This document shows positions 1-8,646 of a DNA stretch of 45,607 nt, one piece after another. The notes under the pieces are model-generated. The model ran no database searches. It was not told where the DNA came from and worked only from the letters and a program-made list of their open reading frames with translations. Origin of the DNA: Crocinitomicaceae bacterium. GTDB lineage: Bacteria; Bacteroidota; Bacteroidia; Flavobacteriales_D; Parvicellaceae. Where the stretch lies: assembly GCA_002686655.1 (NCBI GenBank), contig NYYE01000011.1:1-45607 (forward strand), given 5' to 3'. Numbering within the stretch: position 1 is the first letter of the stretch; each line of letters opens with the position of its first letter. The translations under genes and the position numbers were made by a program.

Positions 1-585
1 AAAATCCATATTAATTCGGTCTGATTCAAACCTAGAAATCATATCTAAATCCATAATTATTTTGTTCATTCTTTCTACCCCTTTTGAAGCTCTTTTTAAA
101 AATTTTTTATTTACTGATGAATCTTCCAAACCACCTTCCAATAATGTTAGTATGTAACCTTGAATACTGAAAATAGGAGTTTTAAGTTCATGCGCTAGAT
201 TTCCAATAAACTCTCTTCTAAACTTTTCTTCTGACTTTAACTTTGCTAACTCAGTGTTAGTTTTTTTAGCAAGCTTTAATATTTCTACTTCACTAGCAGA
301 TAAAATATCCTCATTCATATTCAAATTAAAGTCTGAACTAGACATTTTATGAGTCTGAACCATTCTAAATAAAAGACGAATTTTTCTATTGATAAATATT
401 TCTAACAATAAGTATGTTATAATCACAGAAAAAGCAAATAAAAATAGAAATAATAATAGATAAATATAAAAATTAGACTGTACTTCAAGAACGAAATGAT
501 TAATACAAAAAATTGAAAAAATTAAGAAAAGTGAAGAAAAAAGTGAACTAAATATGGTAAATCTAAAAGGGGTATTGATTTTCAT
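1..585 (-). CDS. Sensor histidine kinase, N-terminal part (3' end runs off the window start)
   Basis: Hand translation of the minus strand from ATG at 585..583 gives MKINTPFRFTIF.... It has two hydrophobic segments separated by about 5 aa, then a HisKA H-box 'NLAHELKTPIFSIQGY' (His codon 192..190). The frame stays open to position 1. It is absent from the ORF track because it has no in-window stop. Confidence 0.75.
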   Translation of the reverse strand, partial: MKINTPFRFTIFSSLFSSLFLIFSIFCINHFVLEVQSNFYIYLLLFLFLFAFSVIITYLLLEIFINRKIRLLFRMVQTHKMSSSDFNLNMNEDILSASEVEILKLAKKTNTELAKLKSEEKFRREFIGNLAHELKTPIFSIQGYILTLLEGGLEDSSVNKKFLKRASKGVERMNKIIMDLDMISRFESDRINMDF

Positions 586-641
586 GAAGTATTTAAATAA
601 TGAAATAAAGATAGTAACTTAGATTATAAATAATTTTTTAG

Positions 642-1070
642 ATGAAAATTTTTAACATACTGGTAATATGCACGGGAAATAGCTGCAGAAGTCAAATTAC
701 AGAAGGATATCTTAAATTCTTCAAAAAAAAATTAAACCTATCTGCCAATATTTATAGTGCTGGAGTTAGAGCTGAGGGAGTTAATAAAAAAGCAATAGAA
801 ATAATGTCAAAAGATAATATTGACATAAGTAATCATTCCTCAAATACTATTGATGAATATCTTGAAAAAGATATTACTCATGTAATTACCGTATGTGATC
901 ATGCTCATGAAAGCTGTCCAATTTTCTTGAAAAAGACACATTTTACACATCATAATTTTAAAGACCCATCCAAGGTTAATGGAACTGAATTAGAAATTGA
1001 AGAAGCATTTTTAAAATGCAGAGATGAAATAAAAAAATTTTCTGAACAATACCTTAAAAAACACTTTTAG
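642..1070 (+). CDS. arsC: Arsenate reductase, thioredoxin-coupled LMW-PTPase family (pI258 ArsC type)
   Basis: P-loop 'CTGNSCRS' at the N-terminus plus the downstream Cys pair in 'VITVCDHAHESCP'. At 142 aa it is close to S. aureus pI258 ArsC along its whole length, as I recall that sequence. Confidence 0.8.
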   Translation: MKIFNILVICTGNSCRSQITEGYLKFFKKKLNLSANIYSAGVRAEGVNKKAIEIMSKDNIDISNHSSNTIDEYLEKDITHVITVCDHAHESCPIFLKKTHFTHHNFKDPSKVNGTELEIEEAFLKCRDEIKKFSEQYLKKHF

Positions 1071-1195
1071 TATTTTCCATTTGAAATATATATAATTTTT
1101 TGATGTCTAATTAACACTAATAAACATATTAAAAAGACCATATTATATCTTTCCCAAGATTATTTAAAAAAAATTAATCTGAAATTTATTGTCAT

Positions 1196-2341
1196 TTAAT
1201 TCTTAAAAAAACGCTTAACTATAGCCATTACAAATGGTTTAGGCGATACTGATGTAATAATTTTAAGGTCTTCTCTTATGTTTGAATCCTCACCCAAAAA
1301 TTTTAAAATAGTTTTGACGTTTACTTTTTTAAAAATTGAAGCAAACAATGCAGATCCTTTATCGTTGTTGTTGGCAAGTACGTCAAGAAGAAGTAAATCG
1401 TAAAACCAAAACTTGGTTCTTTTAGCAAACAAAGATAAATCATCTTCATTTTTAAGAAAAGCAACTAAGTCTTTTGTCTTTTTTGACGTATTATAAAAGG
1501 TATAACCTGTGCTTGCTTTAGTCCACCCTCCAGCAGTTCCAATATTAAGAATACTTTTAGAGTTTAATTCTTGAAATTTAAAAGAGGTCATGGGTATAGC
1601 TCCATTTTCTTTTTCTAAAATCTCAAAGTCTGTAACCTTTTTTTCTTTTAAATAATCCTTAATTGCGTCTTCGTATTCAGAGTTTTCTAATAAGTCTTTT
1701 GAAAATAAAGTATATTCAAATAGCGCTGTCTTTTTATCAATAGGCAAGACATACATAAATCGGGTGTTACCATTCTGAGGGATATTGAAATCCATAAAGG
1801 TAGCCATTGAATCATCAAAGCAGTCTGTTTTTGTTTTTATAAACCAGCCCACAAAATGTTGTTTTAAAACAGGATATTTTTGTTGCTTTTCATAAACTGT
1901 TTTACCTGGAATACTATTTAGAAGTTTCAATCCAAAATAAGTTGATTTATTTGTAACAACTTTTACTCCATTTTCTACTTCTGAGTATTTTTTAACGCTG
2001 TCTTCAACAAAAATAAAATTGGATTTCTGCTCTATACTTCTCCAAAGTTTATGATAAAACTTTTGGCTTCTAATCATCTTGTAAGTATGTGGTGAAATGT
2101 CAAGTGTATTAGTAAAATCTTCACTCCCAAAAAATACTTTAGACCACTTTTTAGATAACAAATCATCCCACTCCCCTTCACCTTCTTCCCAATAACACCA
2201 AGTTCTGTCATTTCCCTTATCTTTTACTTGATCAATAATTAAAATGGATTTATCATCAAAATTTCTGTCTTGCGACATACGATAAGCAAGCATTAAACCT
2301 GATGCACCAGCTCCTAGAATGATGTAAGATGATTGAGTCAT
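1196..2341 (-). CDS. crtY: Lycopene beta-cyclase (CrtY type)
   Basis: N-terminal dinucleotide-binding motif 'IILGAGASGLMLA'. The 381 aa length is typical of lycopene cyclase family proteins. It is the last gene of the crtI-crtB-crtZ cluster. Confidence 0.85.
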   Translation of the reverse strand: MTQSSYIILGAGASGLMLAYRMSQDRNFDDKSILIIDQVKDKGNDRTWCYWEEGEGEWDDLLSKKWSKVFFGSEDFTNTLDISPHTYKMIRSQKFYHKLWRSIEQKSNFIFVEDSVKKYSEVENGVKVVTNKSTYFGLKLLNSIPGKTVYEKQQKYPVLKQHFVGWFIKTKTDCFDDSMATFMDFNIPQNGNTRFMYVLPIDKKTALFEYTLFSKDLLENSEYEDAIKDYLKEKKVTDFEILEKENGAIPMTSFKFQELNSKSILNIGTAGGWTKASTGYTFYNTSKKTKDLVAFLKNEDDLSLFAKRTKFWFYDLLLLDVLANNNDKGSALFASIFKKVNVKTILKFLGEDSNIREDLKIITSVSPKPFVMAIVKRFFKN

Positions 2342-2427
2342 TTAAATACCAAAAAAATTGAAAAGAAGATAATAAAAGGGACTAAAACCAAACAAAAAAG
2401 TATTGTTAGGTGTGAATATTTTTGCAT
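2338..2427 (-). CDS. Candidate 29-aa single-TM mini-protein (MQKYSHLTILFCLVLVPFIIFFSIFLVFK) between crtZ and crtY
   Basis: Hand translation. The ATG lies 4 nt after the crtZ TAG, and the TGA overlaps the crtY ATG (ATGA at 2341..2338). The ORF fills the only sizeable gap in the operon. It could still be a chance ORF in T-rich DNA. Confidence 0.25.
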   Translation of the reverse strand: MQKYSHLTILFCLVLVPFIIFFSIFLVFK

Positions 2428-2431
2428 AAAG

Positions 2432-2887
2432 CTATTTAAATTGCCTAAAATATTTTAAGGGAACTAACAGCATTCCGAAGCATTCTCCGTTATGTTTGGA
2501 AAGCTTTTTGTGGTGGGCTTTATGCCCTCTTCTTATTGCCAACAAATATTTGTTTTTGGTGTTTTTTAAGACTTTAATTCTTTGGTGTATGAATAAATCA
2601 TGAACAAAAAAATACGCAGCACCATAAATAGTGATGCCAAGTCCAATCCAAAAAGGAATAAAATTTATTCCAATTTCTAAACCATACATTATGAAAGTGG
2701 AGCCTGGCAAAGCAAATATCAAAAAGAAAAAGTCGTTTTTCTCAAAAAAACCCTTATTTTCTCTTGTATGATGATCTTTGTGAAAATACCAAAATATGCC
2801 ATGCATGATATAACGATGGGTTAACCATGCAACAATTTCCATTAAAAAAAAGGTAATTATAGTAATAGATATATTAATTAAATCCAA
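2432..2887 (-). CDS. crtZ: Beta-carotene 3-hydroxylase (di-iron fatty acid hydroxylase family)
   Basis: Four His boxes ('HRYIMH', 'HKDHH', 'HDLFIH', 'HKAHH') in a 151 aa hydrophobic protein. It overlaps the crtB stop by 10 nt. Confidence 0.9.
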   Translation of the reverse strand: MDLINISITIITFFLMEIVAWLTHRYIMHGIFWYFHKDHHTRENKGFFEKNDFFFLIFALPGSTFIMYGLEIGINFIPFWIGLGITIYGAAYFFVHDLFIHQRIKVLKNTKNKYLLAIRRGHKAHHKKLSKHNGECFGMLLVPLKYFRQFK

Positions 2888-3714
2888 TTGAAACGATTTT
2901 GAAAAATAGACTCAAAAGTAATGTAGAGTTTTTTGGTGTTAGGTACACGAATTCTTTCTTCCATTAACTTATCGGAAGATATTTTTTTTATTTTTTTAAA
3001 TAAAGAGAAATAATATCTGTAGGCTACATAAACTCCAAGTCTTGAAGAAGTTGGTAATTTCACGATGCCTTCTAATGCATACTTAAAATCATCTTGTATA
3101 TCAGCTTCAATTTTTAGTTTTTCAATTCGTGTAAATTTATCTAAATCGACACCTGGAAAATATGTTCTACCAAGTTCTTGATAGTCAGCCTTAACATCTC
3201 TTAAAAAATTAATTTTTTGAAAAGCAGCACCCAATCTTCTCGCAGACTCTTCTAAATTTTTGAATAATGTTTCATTTCCGTTAACAAACACCTTTAAGCA
3301 CATAAGGCCTACGACTTCTGCAGAACCAACAATGTAGTCTTTGTAAGCGTCATTAGAATAATGAATATCATCTAAATCTTGTTCCATACTCTGAAGAAAT
3401 TTATCAACTAATTTGATATCTATAGAATATTGATTTACAACCATTTGAAAGGAATGTAGAACAGGGTTGACACTAATTTTTCTTTCAATAGATTTATAGG
3501 TCTCTTCTTTAAATTCTAAAAGCATCTCGGTTTTAGGATAATCATGAAATGAATCAACAATTTCGTCAGCTAATCGAACAAATCCATAGATAGAATAAAT
3601 CGCATCGTGAATACTCTTGTCTAAAAGTTTGATTCCAAAAGAAAAACTGGTACTGTATAGTTGTGTTATGTTTTTACTGGTTTCTTTAGAAATTTTATGG
3701 TACAAATTTATCAT
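2878..3714 (-). CDS. crtB: Phytoene synthase
   Basis: Squalene/phytoene synthase pattern with Asp-rich 'ADEIVD' and 'FLRDVKADYQELGRTYFP'. There is a 4-nt start/stop overlap with crtI. Confidence 0.9.
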   Translation of the reverse strand: MINLYHKISKETSKNITQLYSTSFSFGIKLLDKSIHDAIYSIYGFVRLADEIVDSFHDYPKTEMLLEFKEETYKSIERKISVNPVLHSFQMVVNQYSIDIKLVDKFLQSMEQDLDDIHYSNDAYKDYIVGSAEVVGLMCLKVFVNGNETLFKNLEESARRLGAAFQKINFLRDVKADYQELGRTYFPGVDLDKFTRIEKLKIEADIQDDFKYALEGIVKLPTSSRLGVYVAYRYYFSLFKKIKKISSDKLMEERIRVPNTKKLYITFESIFQNRFNWI

Positions 3715-5189
3715 GAGGCTTTTTTTAATTGTTTATCAATTTCTTGTGCCACTATCTGACCAGAAATAATGGATGGTGGAACACCTGGGCCTGGAACTGT
3801 TAATTGGCCAGTATAGTACAAGTTATTTATGTTAATATTTCTCATAGCTGGTTTAAAGATAGCAGTTTGTCTTAATGTATTAGCTAAACCATAAGCATTT
3901 CCTTTAAATGCATTATAATCTTTCATGAAATCATTGACACAATAAGATTTTTTATACACTATATTACTTTTAATATCGTTTCCTGTTAATTTCTTCAACC
4001 TCTCCAAAACTACATTAAAATACTTTTCTCTCATTTTATTAGTATCATTTAGGCCTGGGGCAAGTGGTATTAGAAACATAAGGTTCTCCTTACCCTCAGG
4101 AGCAATCGTTGCATCGGTAATTGAAGGGCAACTTAAATAAAACAAAGGATTTTTTGGCCAATTTGGTTCATCATAAATTTCTTTTGCATGCTGATCAAAA
4201 TCTTCATCAAAAAATAAATTATGATGATGAACATTTTTTAGTTTTTTGTCAACACCAACATAAAATAATAAACTAGAAGGAGCCATTTCTCTTTTTTCCC
4301 AATATTCGCTGTTATAATTTCTATACTTTTTATCTATTAAAACTTGTTCTACATGATGGTAGTCAGCAGCAGCGACAACTCCGTCAAATTCAAATTGATC
4401 ACCGTTTACAGTTATGTTGTCAACTTTATTATTTGAAACAGAAATATTCTCAACAACAGAATTGTAATTTATAACAACTCCTTTTTCACTAGCTAATTTT
4501 GAAAGTGCTACTATTATTTCATGAAATCCGCCAATTGGGTAATAAGTGCCTTGATGAAGACCAGAATAATTCATTAGGGAATAAAGAGCAGGAGTATTTT
4601 GAGGAGTTGCACCTAGAAATAGTATGGGGAACTCCATGAGTCTGGTTAATTTGCTGTTAGAAAAATATTTTTTCACATATGATCTGAAATTAGAAAAAAC
4701 ATTTAGATGAAAAAGTCCTTTGAGAACCTTTAAATTAATGAATTCTAATACGGAGTGTGAAGGTTTATAAACCAAGCTGTCCATTCCTATTCTATATTTT
4801 TTTTCTGCTTTATTAATAAACTTCTTAAGCTTTTCACCACTTCCATTTTCTATTTTTTCAAAAATATTTACTAGTTTATCAAATGAAGCTGGAACTTTGA
4901 TTTGGTCATTTTTTGAATATATTACAGAAAAGCCAGGATCCAACTTAACCAACTTGTAGTAATCCTCTATTTTTTTATCATGTTTATTGAAAAACTTTTC
5001 GAAAACATCTGGCATCCAATACCAACTTGGGCCCATATCGAAAGTAAAGCCATTTGTTTTAAAATTTCTTGCTCTACCGCCAGCCGTACTGTTTTTTTCA
5101 AAAACAGTTACTTGATATCCAAGACTAGCTAATTCAATGGCTGAAGTAAGTCCAGCAAAACCAGAACCTATTACAGCAATGTTTTTCAA
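3711..5189 (-). CDS. crtI: Phytoene desaturase
   Basis: N-terminal FAD motif 'IAVIGSGFAGLTSA' and a C-terminal bacterial CrtI signature '...YYTGQLTVPGPGVPPSIISG'. Length 492 aa. Confidence 0.9.
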   Translation of the reverse strand: MKNIAVIGSGFAGLTSAIELASLGYQVTVFEKNSTAGGRARNFKTNGFTFDMGPSWYWMPDVFEKFFNKHDKKIEDYYKLVKLDPGFSVIYSKNDQIKVPASFDKLVNIFEKIENGSGEKLKKFINKAEKKYRIGMDSLVYKPSHSVLEFINLKVLKGLFHLNVFSNFRSYVKKYFSNSKLTRLMEFPILFLGATPQNTPALYSLMNYSGLHQGTYYPIGGFHEIIVALSKLASEKGVVINYNSVVENISVSNNKVDNITVNGDQFEFDGVVAAADYHHVEQVLIDKKYRNYNSEYWEKREMAPSSLLFYVGVDKKLKNVHHHNLFFDEDFDQHAKEIYDEPNWPKNPLFYLSCPSITDATIAPEGKENLMFLIPLAPGLNDTNKMREKYFNVVLERLKKLTGNDIKSNIVYKKSYCVNDFMKDYNAFKGNAYGLANTLRQTAIFKPAMRNININNLYYTGQLTVPGPGVPPSIISGQIVAQEIDKQLKKAS

Positions 5190-6064
5190 TTCAAAGAGGA
5201 ATTATTAAAGAATCTATCAAATTCATCAAGAGAATAAAATACCTTTCCGTGAGTATTGACAAGTCTTAGTAGTTCAGGATTACCCGCAAAAAATAATTTT
5301 GTTTTAGAATGGTTAAATAAATCATCGCAAAATTTTTGTAATAATGTAACTTTTTGACCGACTATAAATGTAGTAAATAAAATATCAGGTTTTATTTTGT
5401 CAACGCATTGTAATATACTTTCAAAAGAAATTGTTTTTCCAACATTAACAACATCGAAACCATTTTCTTTAAGTACCATATGGGAATACAAAAGTGCAAA
5501 ATCATGATCTTCCCATGGGGGCAAAAATAAATAAGCTTTTTTGCCTCTTTTTATAGTGGATTCCGCTTCTTCAATCGCATGATAAAACTTTTGCTTAATA
5601 AGATTTGATAAAAAATGCTCTTGAGCAGGAAATAATTCACCAGAGGACCAAAGTGCTCCAATTCTTCTTAAGGTAGGAATAAAAATATTTTCATAAATGT
5701 ATGATAGAGAATGGGTTTTTCTTAGACTATTGTATGTTTTATCAAATAATGGCTCATCAAATTGAAGTGAACATATGACAAAATCATTTATCTGTGCTTC
5801 AAAAGAATCTGTACTAGAAGTTAATGATATAACTTTTGTTGACAACTCATCTAGACTTAAAGATGCTATTTTACTAATTTTCAAGCCATTATTGATTAAA
5901 AATGAAATATTTAATATTTTCTTAAGTTGATCATCATTGTATGCTCTAATATTGGTGTCAGTTCGTTCAGGGCTAACTATATTATATCTTTTCTCCCAAA
6001 TCCTTATTGTATGAGATTTAATACCTGATAGTTTTTCTAAATCAGCAATGGAGTAAGTTTGCAT
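5186..6064 (-). CDS. MerR-family regulator with C-terminal B12-binding-like domain (CarH/LitR-type, putative light-responsive repressor of the crt operon)
   Basis: MerR HTH 'YSIADLEKLSGIKSHTIRIWEKRY'. The C-terminal half carries W-x9-E-H ('LWSSGELFPAQEH') and 'EDHDFA' with a conserved His. Its stop overlaps the crtI start. Confidence 0.75.
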   Translation of the reverse strand: MQTYSIADLEKLSGIKSHTIRIWEKRYNIVSPERTDTNIRAYNDDQLKKILNISFLINNGLKISKIASLSLDELSTKVISLTSSTDSFEAQINDFVICSLQFDEPLFDKTYNSLRKTHSLSYIYENIFIPTLRRIGALWSSGELFPAQEHFLSNLIKQKFYHAIEEAESTIKRGKKAYLFLPPWEDHDFALLYSHMVLKENGFDVVNVGKTISFESILQCVDKIKPDILFTTFIVGQKVTLLQKFCDDLFNHSKTKLFFAGNPELLRLVNTHGKVFYSLDEFDRFFNNSSLN

Positions 6065-6123
6065 TTGTTTAATTTTCTGCTAAATTACTTAAACATTATT
6101 AATAAAACAAAGGTTTTAAGGAA

Positions 6124-6159
6124 TTTTGTTTAATATTGTCCGTAAAATTATAAACAAAA
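6124..6159. promoter_or_regulatory. Perfect 9-bp inverted repeat TTTTGTTTA-N18-TAAACAAAA in the divergent regulator/TonB-receptor intergenic region (candidate operator)
   Basis: Read directly: 6124-6132 ttttgttta and 6151-6159 taaacaaaa. Two further TTTGTTT/AAACAAA heptamers lie at 6064-6070 and 6105-6111. Confidence 0.25.
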
Positions 6160-6218
6160 CTGGCGAGTAATTAACAATCTAGTTATTTAAAATTTATTTT
6201 AAAAGCGTATTATACAAC

Positions 6219-8645
6219 ATGAAAAAACTTACTTACTTTCTTATTTTTTTATCAAATATAACAAATGTGATATGTCAAAATAGTGTTATTAAAGGAAAGA
6301 TTTTTGATGCTACTAACAATGAGACAATACCATTTGCTAATGTTTTTGTAGAACAAATAAATTCTGGTGTAGCATCCGATTTTGATGGTTTTTATGAAAT
6401 TAAAAATTTAAAACCTGGATTATATACAATCAAATGTTCGTTCGTTGGATATGACCCAGTAGTTTATGCAGAAGTCATAGTTAATCCAAATAAACCTACC
6501 ATTTTGGATATTAAATTAATCGAATCTTCTACTTCTTTAGATGTAGTTGAAATTACAGCATCGCCGTTTCAAAAAAGTGAGGAGAGCCCCGTTAGTAAAA
6601 GAAGTATTAATGCTACAGAAATTTATAGGAATCCAGGTGGAAACAGAGATATATCAAAGGTAATAACATCTTTACCAGGTGTTGCATCTACGGTTTCATT
6701 TAGAAATGATATTATCATAAGAGGAGGTGCTCCTAATGAAAATAGATTTTATTTAGATGGAATAGAAATTCCTAATATTAATCATTTTGCCACTCAAGGA
6801 TCTTCTGGGGGTCCAGTAGGAATGATAAATGTGAATTTCATTAGAGAAGTTGACTTGTATTCAGGTGCATTCCCAGCCAACAGAGGAAATACATTGAGTT
6901 CAGTTTTAGAATTTAAACAAATTGATGGAAATCCTGATAGAATTGCTAAAACTTTAACAGTTGGATCAAGTGATTTTGGTATTACTCTAGATGGTCCAAT
7001 AAATGATAAAACAACATTTGTTTTTTCTGCAAGAAGATCTTATTTACAACTACTTTTTAGTGCCATAGGACTACCATTTCTTCCAACTTACAATGATTCT
7101 CAATTTAAAATTAAAACAAAAATTAATGATAAAAATCAAATAACATTTATTGGTCTTGGAGCTATTGATGATTTTGTATTAAATACGGGTATTAATGATA
7201 ATATACTATCTAAAGACAGTTTAACAGCTCAAGATTACAATGATATAGAAAGCAACAATTACATTTTAGGATACATACCAGTAACGACACAATGGAATTA
7301 TGCTATTGGAGCTAATTGGACCCATTTTAAAGATAATAGTTTTCAAAATTATGTTTTTTCTAGAAATCACTTAAACAACAGTTCTGTTAAATATAAAGAC
7401 AATAATGAAGTACCAGAAAATTTACTTCAAAATTATGTTTCAGAAGAAATTGAAAATAAATTCAGATTTGAAAATACCATTAGAAAAAATGGGTGGAAAA
7501 TTAACTTTGGGACCGGAATTGAATATGTAACTTTTAAAAATAATACATTTCAAAAAATTATTTATCAAAATATCTCTGATACTTTGGAATTTGAATCAGA
7601 ATTAAATTTTGTAAAAACTAGTTTTTTTGGTCAGATCAGCAAAAAAGCTTTAGATAACAAACTTATTGCTTCTTTTGGAATAAGAACTGATCAAAATTCC
7701 TACTCTAAAGAAATGAGTAACCCATTAAAACAATTTTCTCCAAGACTTAGTATAGCTTATGCTATAGCTGAAAAAAGTAGTTTAAATTTCAATATTGGCC
7801 AGTATTTTCAGCTTCCAGCCTATACTGTAATGGGTTATAGAAACAATGAAAATCAATTAGTAAATAAAGTTAACGAGATAACATATATTAATAATAAACA
7901 CATAGTATTTGGTTTAGAAACCAATCCAGGTAATTTTAGTAAAGTAACTCTAGAAGGTTTTTATAAGAAATACGACAACTATCCATTCTTATTAGGTGAC
8001 AGCATATCATTAGCTAATTTAGGAGGAGATTTTGGGGTAATTGGAAATGAACCGGTAACTAGCAATTCTGAAGGAAGGTCTTATGGAATTGAATTTTTAG
8101 CTCAAAAAAAATTAAATAAATCTTTTTATGGCATTCTTGCTTATACATGGGTCAGAAGTGAATTTAAAGATAAGAATGATAATTATGTACCATCTGCATG
8201 GGATAATAAGCACATAATTAGTATGACAGGAGGAATAAAATTAAAAAATGACTGGGAATTAGGAATGAGATTCAGATTTTCTGGAGGTTCTCCATATACT
8301 CCATATAATGATACCATATCTTCTCTTATTAATGTTTGGGATGTTAACTCATTTGGTGTTTTTGATTACAATCAGCTAAACGGTGAACGATTAAAATCAA
8401 ATCATGGTCTTGATATTAGAATTGATAAAAAATGGTATTGGAAAAAAGTTACTCTGAACATATATTTAGATATACAAAATTTGTATAATTTCCAGGCGGA
8501 AACTCCGAGAAGTTTGATTGCAGTAACAGATGAAAATGGCAATAAAATTTTAGATTCTAACGACCCAACAAGATACCAACTTAAATATTTAGAAAATACT
8601 GCAGGTACAGTACTTCCGTCTATTGGAATACAATTTGAATTTTAA
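6219..8645 (+). CDS. TonB-dependent outer-membrane receptor with N-terminal carboxypeptidase-regulatory-like domain
   Basis: Signal peptide, then a CarboxypepD_reg-like segment ('IKGKIFDATNNETIPFANVFV...GFYEIKNLKPGLYTIKCSFVGY'). This is followed by a plug-like region ('RNPGGNRDISKVITSLPGV') and a long beta-rich C-terminus ending '...IGIQFEF'. No SusD-like gene lies downstream. Confidence 0.85.
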   Translation: MKKLTYFLIFLSNITNVICQNSVIKGKIFDATNNETIPFANVFVEQINSGVASDFDGFYEIKNLKPGLYTIKCSFVGYDPVVYAEVIVNPNKPTILDIKLIESSTSLDVVEITASPFQKSEESPVSKRSINATEIYRNPGGNRDISKVITSLPGVASTVSFRNDIIIRGGAPNENRFYLDGIEIPNINHFATQGSSGGPVGMINVNFIREVDLYSGAFPANRGNTLSSVLEFKQIDGNPDRIAKTLTVGSSDFGITLDGPINDKTTFVFSARRSYLQLLFSAIGLPFLPTYNDSQFKIKTKINDKNQITFIGLGAIDDFVLNTGINDNILSKDSLTAQDYNDIESNNYILGYIPVTTQWNYAIGANWTHFKDNSFQNYVFSRNHLNNSSVKYKDNNEVPENLLQNYVSEEIENKFRFENTIRKNGWKINFGTGIEYVTFKNNTFQKIIYQNISDTLEFESELNFVKTSFFGQISKKALDNKLIASFGIRTDQNSYSKEMSNPLKQFSPRLSIAYAIAEKSSLNFNIGQYFQLPAYTVMGYRNNENQLVNKVNEITYINNKHIVFGLETNPGNFSKVTLEGFYKKYDNYPFLLGDSISLANLGGDFGVIGNEPVTSNSEGRSYGIEFLAQKKLNKSFYGILAYTWVRSEFKDKNDNYVPSAWDNKHIISMTGGIKLKNDWELGMRFRFSGGSPYTPYNDTISSLINVWDVNSFGVFDYNQLNGERLKSNHGLDIRIDKKWYWKKVTLNIYLDIQNLYNFQAETPRSLIAVTDENGNKILDSNDPTRYQLKYLENTAGTVLPSIGIQFEF

Positions 8646-8646
8646 A

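Noticed and set aside
1196-6064. Carotenoid cluster as part of a retinal/proteorhodopsin module
   Set aside because: There is no blh (beta-carotene dioxygenase) or opsin gene in the window. The presence of crtZ points to zeaxanthin as the product. This cannot be excluded elsewhere in the genome.
6065-6218. Possible cobalamin riboswitch upstream of the TonB-dependent receptor, given the adjacent B12-type regulator
   Set aside because: The leader is almost pure A/T and has no GC-rich B12-box-like core. The receptor has a CarboxypepD_reg N-terminal domain rather than a BtuB-like layout. No support for a riboswitch.
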